A DNA stretch of 64,000 nucleotides from Lama guanicoe (taxonomy: Eukaryota): positions 957,567 to 1,021,566 of the forward strand of contig MU053629.1 of assembly GCA_013239625.1 (NCBI GenBank), written 5' to 3'. The notes beneath the pieces are model-generated. The model worked only from the letters and a program-made list of their open reading frames with translations, did no database searches and was not told where the DNA came from. The translations under genes and the position numbers were made by a program. Positions 40,591 to 51,300 of the stretch are shown piece by piece. How positions within the stretch are numbered: position 1 is the stretch's first letter; the number at the start of each line of letters is the position of its first letter.

Positions 40591-41462
40591 AATGTAAAAA
40601 TGGAAGCAAGAAATTCTAAACAATGAAAGATATCCCCTTACATGAGATTCCTCCCATACAGAGTGTTGTTCCAGACATTCAGAAGAGTGACATGTGTTGT
40701 GATCACAAAGATAGCTTTGCAGGTTCTGGCCTGAAGGGACAGGTCACCACCTCATGTTTTGTGATGATTGGTGCTGGAGTAAAGGATTATTTAATTAGTA
40801 GTAACAGAAACCCATCCCAACTAATTGGGGGGAAAAGAAAACAAAGGAAAGAATTGGGGAGATTACTGGAATATTTAAAGGGATTCTTGTAGACATTCCC
40901 CCAGACACTATGATTTATATTAAGCTGAAAGCTGGACTCTGAGCTATCAAACTAAAGTGGCACCTATTCTCAACTAATTGTCTGTCTAACTAACTCCTCT
41001 TTGCAGACTAGGTTTCTCTGTCTCTCAGTGCATGAGGGAAAGGGTGGCCATCTGGTCCTTCAGGATCTGTCAGCTCAACCACACAGGAAAGACTGACCAG
41101 AATTTATGTACCACAGCTACAAAGTTCTGGAACAGAGACTCTGATTTGGCCCACCTTGGGTAAGAGTCTACCTGTCATCCAGTCATTTGTGACAAGTATG
41201 GACAGGCACATGGACTTCTGTCCTGTGCTTAATAGAAGTTTTGGAAGCAAGCTCTCTGAGAATAGGTTTTGCTAGAGGGTATACGGGTGGGATGAAAATG
41301 AATGACATTGAATGAATGTGATCCCGGCTAAGTGGTGACATCCACCTGATTAATCTTGACAAGGTTCACTGGGAGGTGTGCATCTTCCCAGATCCCGATT
41401 GGTTAAGTCCCACCAATGACAGCCCGTTTCTATGGATAAACACAAAACTCCATGATGCAGGA

Positions 41463-41494
<32 letters not shown>

Positions 41495-42227
41495 CCCTGG
41501 AATTTCTTGCTAAAGACTTCAAAGATATAGGTCAGAAAATGAAGGACTTAGAGATTAAAATGATAGGAATTTGGCAAAGCACTGAGAGCTCTTAGCACCT
41601 AGTAAAGTGTATAGAACATAGCAATCTTCACTAACCATGGCTTGAGTGAATGACAGAATCTCATAACGACCTGGAAGAACGTGTCAAAGAAGAGACTTAT
41701 CCTGAAATGAGCGTCCAACAAAATTTGCATTTTATTTTTAAAATTGGAATTTCATAGAACACATATAAATGTATTTTTTCAGTGAGAACCTAACAGATAA
41801 AGTTAATATCCTCTGACTACCACTTTGAATTCTTGCCTCCTTCCCCACTCTCCAGGAGGGATCACAGCTGTAAGTTAGATGTATAGACTTCTAGCCCTTC
41901 TCTAATACTTTCATAAACATATCATATGCATCCATCAAAAATATGTTATACTGTGTAGGTTTTAAAAGTATATAAATGCTATTCTGTACAAATTGCTGTT
42001 CAGTTTCCTTTTTCCATTAAAAAAAAAAAAGTTCTTGGTTTTGTATTTCTTCTAGTTGACCTAGAAAGAGACCTAACTCATTCCTTTCAACAGATACATA
42101 GTATTCCATGGTACGACTTTGCCACAATTTGCCCATTCTCTTATTGAGGGGTATTTAGGTTGCTTCATTGTTTTGCTATCATCAGAATGCTACAATAAAC
42201 AGAAGTATTGTTTCTATATGCACAGGT

Positions 42228-42680
42228 GTAGAAGAAGTCACAATCTCCACCCTCCTTGTATCCATACACTTCACAATGTGACTTTGCAGCTCTTCCCATC
42301 AACAGGTAAAGTCTTTTCCTCCTCACCTTGAATCTAGGATGACCTTGGACTTACCTCAGCCAATAGAATGCAGCAGACATGGCAGGGTGCCACTTTTGAG
42401 CCTAGGCCTCAAGACTCCTTGAATGCTTCTGTTTTCTATCTCTTGGAGCTCCGTCTAGCCACCAGGTGAACAAACACAGAACTATTGGAGAAAAGAGGCC
42501 ACAAATAGCAAGAGTTAAGCTGTGTCAGCTGAAGGCATCCTACACCAGCCAGCCTTCAGCTAACCCAGCAGACTGCTCACAGTGACTGAGCATGAGGAAA
42601 TCAGAACTGCCTAGCTGAGCCCAGCCCAAGCTGTCAACCTGGAGAACTGAGCTAAATACATAACTTTCGTTGTTAAAACA
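42228..42680 (+). mobile_element. MLT1(F-H)-like MaLR LTR
   Basis: GTGACTTTGCAGCTCTTCCCATCAA...CCTTGAATCTAGG...GCCAATAGAATGCAGCAGA...GAGCCTAGGCCTCAAGA...GCTGAGCCCAGCCCAA. Confidence 0.75.
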
Positions 42681-42689
42681 AGTATCTGA

Positions 42690-43440
42690 CTGGTAGGAAT
42701 GCAGTTTGGTGCAGCCACTTTGGAAAACAGTATGGAGATTCCTCAAAAGACTAGGCATAGACTTACCATATGACCCAGGAATCCCACTCCTGGGCATATA
42801 TCCAGAAGAAACCCTACTTCAAAATGACACCTTGTGCAGCATTGGTGGTATAGTGGTGAGCATAGCTGCCTTCCAAAATGACACCTGCACCCCAATGTTC
42901 ATAGCAGCACTATTTACAATAGCCAAGACATGGAAACAGCCTTAATGCCCATCAACAAATGACTGGATAAAGAAGAGGTGGTATATTTATACAATGGAAT
43001 ACTACTCAGCCATAAAAACTGACAAAATAATGCCATTTGCAGCAACATGGATATTCCTGGAGAATGTCACTCTAAGTGAAGTAAGCCAGGAAGAGAAAGA
43101 AAAATACCAAACGAGATTGTTCATATGCGGAATATGAAAAAAAAAAAGAATACTAAACAGAAACAGACTCATAGACGTAGAATACAAACTTGTGGTTGCC
43201 AGGGGGATGAGGGGTGGGAAAGGACAGACTGGGATTTCAAAATGTACAATAGGTAAACAAGATTGTACTGTGTAGCACAGGGAAATATATACAGGATCTT
43301 GTGGTGGCTCACAGCAAAAGAGAATGTGAGAATGAATATATGTATGCTCATGTATAACTGAAAAATTGTGCTCTACACTGGAATTTGACACAACATTGTA
43401 AAATGAGTATAACTCAATTTTTAAAAATGTTTTTTAAAAA
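42690..43440 (+). mobile_element. L1 3' end, young lineage-specific copy
   Basis: ORF2 C-terminus ([33 protein letters not shown]) plus 3' UTR; TSD AAGTATCTGA at 42680-42689 and 43441-43450. Confidence 0.92.
42833..42876 (+). pseudogene. tRNA-Gly(TCC) 5' half with 6-nt leader, tail-less retrocopy
   Basis: GCATTGGTGGTATAGTGGTGAGCATAGCTGCCTTCCAA (42839-42876) matches the 5' half of tRNA-Gly-TCC with one G>A; anticodon TCC at 42872-42874; direct repeat CAAAATGACACCT at 42820-42832 and 42874-42886. Confidence 0.92.
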
Positions 43441-44499
43441 AAGTATCTGATACAATGTGTGCAGATAATTCTTTAGAGTAGATTTTTCAAACTTTAGCAT
43501 GTATAGTATCAGCTGGTGGGCTTTTAAAATCACATATTGCTGGGCACCACTCAGAATTTCTGATTTAGTAGATCTGGATGGGAATGGAGCATTTGCATTT
43601 CTAACACGTTCTCAGGTGATGCTAATGACACTGGGGTTGGAAGGTGAAGCAAGAAGTTGATTAAAAGTAGTATTTATGATCTCTGATGTCTACCCACCAA
43701 AGCGCAGAGTATAAATGATGAAGTAAACCTGAAATGTTAAGCCAAGAAAACAAATAGTATTTCACAGTGCTAGATATTATAATACAGTATATACCAGAGC
43801 AGGACTTGTGGCTAGAAGATGCTCTAGAAGAGTATTCCTTGTTTCAAAGATAAAGCAGGGCAGAGAGATACAGTCCTGAATGGTCATTCCCCAGCCTCCT
43901 CCCTCACCTCACTCCCCTTGGTTCTCCATGTCAGCTGCCATGGCTATCTTTTACCTCCTTGAATGAAACCTCCTCTCTCCCACCATAGGGCCTTTGCACT
44001 TACTGATTCATCTGCATGGAACTCTTCCTCTTTCTTTCTACCCATGTTCAACCAAGATAATTCCCATTTATCCTTAAGGCCTTAGATCTAATTTCACTTA
44101 ATTAGGAAAGCGTAATCTCCCAGACTAGATCAATTTCACCATTATAACCTCTCAACACACTGCATCTCTCCTTCATAGCATTTATTACAGTTGCGATTTT
44201 ACCTTTATCTTTGTGTTTATGTGATTCACGAATATCTTACCCTCCAGCCTGTCAATTTCAGGAGCACTGAGACTGTGTCTCTTTTCAGTCACCGTTGTAA
44301 CTTCAGCATCAGCTTTTTCTGGCAAAGAGCAGATACCCATAAATATGTACTGGTTAAACAGAAGTAGGGTTCTCCAAAAGTTTTAGTGAACATGAGGTCA
44401 AAAGTACAGTGGAAAACATTTAGAAGAGGGAAAAAAAAACAAGGAAATAGAAGTACTATCTTCAGGATACCACACACTAGCGGGTCACAGAATAGCAAC

Positions 44500-45220
44500 A
44501 ATGAGCTCCCAACTGTTTGAATAACTGTATCAAAAGAGTATTGGCTACCTGACCTCTGATCCCCTGGAGAGAAGTTTCTCCTGGTGTACTAGTGGGTTCT
44601 GTCTGAGGTCCAGCCCTTTTTAATATTTTGAACAAGACAGAAGGCTTGCCTATCTTATTTGCAGATAAGATGAAAGTCAAAGGTTTATTTTGATGGAATT
44701 TATATTAAAAATAATACCATGGAAATACAAAGCCAAAACCAGTAAGATAAAGGTTAACAGTGATATATGTTCATATTCATGTGTGACTGAAAAAAGTTCT
44801 GTACACCAGAAATTGACACAACATTGTAAACTGACTATAACTCAATAAAAGAGAAAAAGAAAAGAAAGAAAAAGAAAAAACAAACAAAAACCAGAGATGT
44901 ATGTTTAATCAGTCTTACAAGTACCTGATAGGGGAAGAAAGCTGGGTTTGACTGTATTTTTTATGTAGAAAAAAAGACTTGATTGCTGACCACAAATATC
45001 ATTATGAACAAAGGCTATGATTCAACTGGTAAAAGTGTAGACTGTCTAGAGGATGGGAACTGATAGTGTCCTTTTACTGGTAGATTCTCAAGCACTGTGT
45101 CTAGTTCTTAGAGCCAGTTTGAGGTCTAGAAACCCTGAGATATGAAGAATAGTTAGGGCAGCTGGAGAAGTTTAGTCTGCAAAAGTGAAAAGTAAGGGAA
45201 AACAAAAGCTGACCTCAGAT
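44500..45220 (+). mobile_element. L3/CR1 LINE fossil, interrupted by a short L1 3' end (~44765-44890)
   Basis: Degenerate reverse transcriptase motif VSPGVLVGSV*GPALFNILN...EGLPILFADKMKV, against CR1 GVPQGSVLGPVLFNIFIN...FADDTKL. Confidence 0.65.
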
Positions 45221-47369
45221 AGAGGTAGCCCACCAAATTTGTACTTCCACCTTAAGAAGAGACACCCCCCTTTTTTCAGATGCCCTTTTTAAAGCTCTCA
45301 TGATTTTTTTTTATTTCTATGATTTCTGATAAGTTCTTTTTCATGTTCTTTACATTCTTTTTCATTTATTCCTATTTGTTTCATAATTCCCTGTTTGTTT
45401 GGTAAATACATTTCTCTCTTTGAGAATTCTTTGGAAAAAACATTTTTCTATCAATCCATCTTTTTAAGCCAGGGAATGGCCTCTTTTCCCCTACCCTCTT
45501 TCCTGTAGATTGTTTAACTGTTTTCATTTGTCTGAGGTGATTTCACCTTTTGATTGTTGATTTTGCCACCAGTCTTTCTTAGAAATATTTTCCTTAAATG
45601 TTTTAGAAGTTTGGTTTGCAGGTTTATTTTTAGTGGAAAATTTCTTTCCTTCTTTCTTTGCCTTCCTCTCCTTTTCCTCTCTTTCTGTCATCCCGCTCCT
45701 CTCCCTGTCTAGTACCTTACTTTTATTCTATCTGGGTTCTGTGGCTCCCAGTCCAGAGCCAGCTAAAATATGGGAGATATGGGCTCCTGCCTCATAGAGA
45801 TAGTAAAGGTCATGCCAACATGTCTGCCAGCTGCGTGGTTAGCTTGCCTCCCAGGCACTCGGCTTTCACGGAGAACATTTATTCTCTGTTACCTTCACAG
45901 AAGCCACACTTTGGGTGGCCTCTATCTGCTTCTAAACTGGTGCAAGTCCATCAGGACTTTGGCTTTTCCTCTCTAAATAGCTCTGTGCTTCTGTTCCATT
46001 TCTGATCTAAGGAAAGGGATAGAAGAGTGCATAAAGCATGCACAGTTTTTAAAAGAATGATAAAGTGAAATTTTATTGTAACCACTACTGACTATGTCTT
46101 TTACATTCTTCTCTTTATAGTTTTTTCTCCACTGTCGTGTGCTTGGAGTAGTGAGAGCCCCTATGGCAGGAACCTCCAGTACCATCTTGACATACTGCAC
46201 CTGTCTGCTCTACTGCCAAACCCTCTAGGTCCTAGGATACCCTGACCTCTTGGAGGTTGTCGGCTTCGTGAGCAGCCTAGCACTTTATAATTATTTAGCC
46301 CCAGTTTCTTCTGACCAGGTGTGGTTACCATTATTGCCTTTTCCTCAAATTAAACAATTAATAGCTCAAGATGTTTGCAGTTTTTTCTCCTAACAACAGT
46401 TCATCAATTCAAGTCTGTGAACTCTCTATGTATCCTACCTGCAAGAAAACACAGGCTCATTTTATACATTGGGTATGTTGCCCCAGGACCTAAGTCCTAC
46501 AAGCCTTAAAAATTCTTTGAGAAATATATAAATATTATTTACTTAAATAATTGTATTTAATATTTAACATAATATTAAATATTTTCTTAAATCATTTTAA
46601 ATAAACAATATATATGTAGTATATAAATAACATACACCACAAAGTATAAAAAGAAAATTGTAAAATTGGAATGAATATTTAATTATCTTCAAAATTAACA
46701 ATTAATTATTCAATTAAGATTGTACAAGTTTTTCATTTTGTAGTAATCTGAAGTTAATTTCTTATTTCACAAGAGCCTCTGATCATGTACAGCTGTCAGA
46801 AATCATAGCTAACTGTAAATTATGAGTTATTTTTGGATTAAGATTTTTAAGTGCAAATTTTACTTAAAACTTTTTTTAACACTGAAAAAAAATTTTTTTT
46901 TAAAATACAGGCCATGTGTTTGATGTGGTATGGAGCTAGACTTCAGAAGAGGCTTTAAAGGGCCTTAGGGAAATGGAAGGGGCTGAAATGAGACAAAGAA
47001 CGTAGAATAGCAGGAGGGAAAAGAGGGTTCTTGGGGGGGGAAGGAGACGCCTATTGAGCGGCTGCTGTGTGCCAGGCACTGTTCCAGGAGCTGAAGATCC
47101 AAAAATAAAAGCCACGGCTCTCCAAAGAGGTCACAGTCTGGTAAGCCATCAGATTAGTTCAGTGAAACAGAGTGTTAAGTTACAAGGAGGTCTGCGCACT
47201 GGGGGTCAAGGTGTGATGAGAAATCTCATGGGGACAGAACTAGGAAGCCTTCTCTGGGAGGTGACATTTGATCTGAGGGGAGGCAGAGGGGGAAAAGTGG
47301 TGGGGAGGGGTGAAAGATGCAGAAGTTTCAAGAAAGAGACAAAGCAAAGAGCGAAAGAGGGAGGACTCG

Positions 47370-48365
47370 ATGCGATCGGCGCTCCGGCCATCGGGCCTCG
47401 ACTGCTAGGGTCTGAGCGCGGTCGCCTCCCACTCCGCTCCCCTTCCCTCCCCCCGCGTCCTCTCCCCTCCCCGCTTCGCGCCTCCGCCGCCGGCCCGGCC
47501 TGCGCGAGCTCAGAAGCTCCCCGCTCACCCGAGACGCCATGTACCGGCTCCTGTCAGCTGTGACCGCCCAGGCCGCGACCCCCGGGGGCTGCGCCTGGGG
47601 CTGCGGGCGGCGCGCAGCCCCGCGGCGCGCCGGGCTGCCGCCGCTCGGCCCCGGCTGGGTCGGGGGCCTCGGGCTGGGGCTGGGGCTGGGGCTGGCGCTC
47701 GGCGTGAAGCTGGCCGGCGAGCTAAGGGGCGCGTCCTCCGAGCCGACCCCCGCGGCGCCCGACCGCGAGGCGTTGCCTCAGGCCGAGCCGCTGCCACCGC
47801 AGGAGCAGCCCCTCGCCTCGTGGTCTCCACAGACCCCGCCGCCGCCCCACTCCAGGCACTTCGCCAGAGCCATCGACAGCAGCCGCGACCTCCTGCACAG
47901 GATCAAGGTGCGGCGACGGCAGGGGGGCGTAGGCGGCCGGGAACGCGGCGCCCAACCCCGGCGTCACCCGGGAATGAGACCCCTTGGTGGTTGTCTCTCG
48001 GGGCGAGGGGACCCCACCCCGGGCGGCGGGATTCCCGCAGCCGGCTTCCGAGAAAGACTTCCCGTTTCCCGACCTCCCAGTCACGGTCAGGCGCTCTCGG
48101 GGGGTTGCCCAAGTCGGGGCGGAGGTCACCGCCCGCCTCGCGGACCGCCCCTTCCCCCTCGGGGTGCCCGGCGGCACACCCCTCACGGTTACCCCGGGGC
48201 TCGGCCGGGGCCGAGGGGGCGGGCCCCGGGCCGAGGGGCGGGGCGGGGCGGGGCCGGGCCTCGGGGAGGCTGGAGGAGCGCGCCGGCGGACGCGCGAGGA
48301 GGCTCCGCCTGGCTTTGAACTGTTCTTTCCCTCCGCTCTTAGGATGAGGTGGGCGCGCCGGGCAT
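47370..48365 (+). promoter_or_regulatory. CpG island / LACTB promoter, exon 1 and intron 1
   Basis: Very GC- and CpG-rich ~1 kb around the start codon against an AT-rich background; tandem GGGCGG boxes at ~48235-48255; no TATA box seen. Confidence 0.9.
47539..47907 (+). CDS. LACTB: LACTB coding exon 1 (123 codons; targeting peptide, Gly-Leu repeat)
   Basis: ATG in GACGCCATGT context; ends ...CACAGGATCAAG|GTGCGG, phase 0. Confidence 0.95.
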
Positions 48366-51300
48366 AGTGGTTGGAGTCTCTGTAGATGGAAGAGAAGTCT
48401 GGTCGGAAGGTGGGCTCAGAAAAGTTTTATTTCTTGGCTTGTTTTGTGTCAGTCGATGAATGAAATCTTGACGCGTTACTGTTTGGAGTGAATCCCATGA
48501 AGTGCTGTTCAGTTTTCATAAAACCGTACATACTGCGAAGAAATCATGTTTAACAACAAAGAATCGGGCTTTTTATGAACAGCAGGGTTTAAAATTTGAC
48601 TCTAGTGAATAAATCGGACTCTTAAAGTTGGCTTGTATCTATGCTACTTTCCTGTAGGACTGGGTTTATTGTTCTCAAAGCTGTGTGTTAAGTAGTCTGT
48701 TAACTGCACCTGTGTAGATACCCTTTATACTCGAGTAGATAAAACGTCAGAATTTTGTGTTTTTCTTTAACTCAGTCAATGACTTACTTGAGTCCTCTGT
48801 TCTGTAAAATACACTGTACTGAGAACTGGGGATATACACGATTCCTTGTCCTTAATGTGTCTATAAGCTACTTTATCACTTTTTTTTTTAACTGTGCAGA
48901 AGTGTCAGCTATTTTTTCAAACAAAAAGGCAGCAGCTTTGGAAGAGAAATTTCTAATCATTTTATGATAGTTTTGTCAAAGCATATTTTATAACTTGATT
49001 CTTGATTTACTTTTCCGTTGCACACAAATTAGTCCAATTGGTCATAGCGGGTTTTTTGGAACAAACTTTTAGGAAATGTTTCAGACATCATTTAGCGGAA
49101 GTACTACTTTTAGAAGCTGATAGGAGCAGTAGAGTTTTGAATTTAAAGAAAAATGATTCTTCCCCCAAGTTAAAGTATAGCTGATCAATATACCTAATAC
49201 GAAAGATAATTGTAATAAAAATTATGTAAGTGCTCTATAGCTGAGGGCTTTATTTTTATGAAAATATTTTTCAGCATAATCTATATTTACAGTAGAAAAT
49301 AATTATTGTATGCCTTTTTATTCTTTTCAGATCTCAATTCTTTGTATGTGTTAGATTTCTATACTTTTGGCCTACAGAAGATGAAACCATACTTAAAACA
49401 TTTTCTAGAAGGAGTTTCAACTCCTTCTTTTGACTTGCAGCTGAATTAAATTGATGCTAAACTAGGTTGGCTTTGCAGGGCATCTTTTCATGTTTGTTTT
49501 TATTGGTGGTTATTTTTAGGAATTTTTGTGGAAACTCAAAGATCAAGAATAAATGTAATCTGAAGAATAGTGATGTTGTCTTTAGAGAATGTAGAGTAAT
49601 TTATTTAAAATGTGGAATATCCAAATTGTTAGATAAGCTAAGAAAAATCAGTGTCTGAGTCAAAAAATTACTGTTATGACAAGGTACTATTTTCAGTTTA
49701 GTTATAAGGTTAAATTGTTAGGCTTACTCTTGTCAGAATGGCTAAGACTCTTACCCATTGCCTATTCATAGTAATTAACTTACAGAAGTGGAATTTCTTT
49801 TCCTTTAGATAAACACACCAAATGTTTTAAGATAGTATCATTTCAGTTTTTGAAGTGACCGTGAAGCCTATTAATAGTGACTTTTTGCTTTATTCCCCCG
49901 AAGGTTTAGGTTATGCTGATGTTGAGAACCGTGTGCCATGCAAGCCAGAGACAGTTATGAGAATTGCCAGTATCAGCAAAAGCCTCACTATGGTTGCTCT
50001 TGCCAAATTGTGGGAAGCAGGGAAACTGGACCTTGATATTCCAGTACAACATTATGTTCCTGAATTCCCAGAAAAAGAGTATGAAGGTGAAAAGGTAATG
50101 AAACTCACAATTCATTTTTCTAATGACATTTAAGTGGCTTAAAAAGTTTCATAAGATTCTTTGGTTTGTTTTTAATTATTTTTAATGGGTTAAAGTTTTG
50201 TTTTATCCAGATAATATCCCAGTGGGTATTTTTCTGAAATTTGAGGCTAAACTTGTGCACATGACACATTTTTTCCAGCAGCAGTTTAAAATGGAAAATA
50301 TTACTGAGGCATTATTCCAAGGCTACTAACTTTTTATTATACAGCTGAACACTGTAATTGAATTTTTGTGTTTTTACAATTAGGTTTCTGTCACAACAAG
50401 ATTATTGATTTCTCACTTAAGTGGAATTCGTCATTATGAAAAGGACATGAAAAAGGTGAAAGAAGAGAAAGCTTGTAAAGCCTTGAAGATGATGAAAGGG
50501 ACGTTGGAATCTGACCAAGAAAAAGAGTTAAAAGAAAGAGCAGGCAAAAGTAATGAAAAGAATGACTTTGCTAAAGCTAAGACAGAGCACGATAATGAAG
50601 CCAAAGGCCGAAATTCAAAACCTTGCAAGAAAAAGAATGATTTTGAACAAGGCGAATTATATTTGAAGGAAAAGTTTGAAAATTCAATTGAATCCCTAAG
50701 ATTATTTAAAAATGACCCCTTGTTCTTTAAACCTGGTGAGTATTAATTTCTTCTCTTTACAAAATCATCATTATTCAAGTATTAATTTTCAGAATATCTA
50801 AAATGATACCATCCTGAGTGCATTCGATGTGGTTGATGATTATGGCATGGATTTTCCTGTCATTCTGATGCCTGCCTTTTTGTCTATAGTTCTTATCAGA
50901 ACCTAGCATCCAGGCAGCTAGTTGTTTGTTTTAGCCTCATTGGAGGCTACCTAGACATTTAGTGGATTCTCAGTATTGAGATATTCATGGAAAAAATTAT
51001 ATGTTGGAATAATAGTTCTCCAAATAAAATCTGGGCCAAAATTGGCATGATAAAGTGTTAACGTTTTAGTATTTCATTAGTATTTAATTTCGTATTTAAA
51101 TTGTTCAACTTATTTCGTGCTTTCATAGCATGAAGAAGTTAGTGTCCATCAACTTAATTTTATTTCCCCAAAAGCTGATCTATAAAAATAATTTTTTGTA
51201 TACTTTTTGGTATGTCTACCGAAACCACTTAAGTTACATTTAGGTTTATGTACTTGTATTCCATTTTCATTTTAAGGTTTTTTTGTTTTGTTTTGTTTTT

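Noticed and set aside
47370..47408. 12-codon upstream ORF (ATG CGA TCG...TAG)
   Set aside because: The transcription start is unknown and this may lie upstream of it; no support from sequence alone
47539..48318. 259-aa ORF from the LACTB ATG through intron 1; the intron is 435 nt, a multiple of 3, suggesting in-frame retention
   Set aside because: In-frame stops at 48316-48318 (TGA) and 48340-48342 (the TAG acceptor) block read-through. The long ORF reflects stop-codon scarcity in a CpG island.
47054..48367. Other long overlapping ORFs on both strands around the promoter
   Set aside because: Low-complexity Arg/Gly/Pro/Ala translations typical of GC-rich DNA, mostly with non-ATG starts and no recognisable domain
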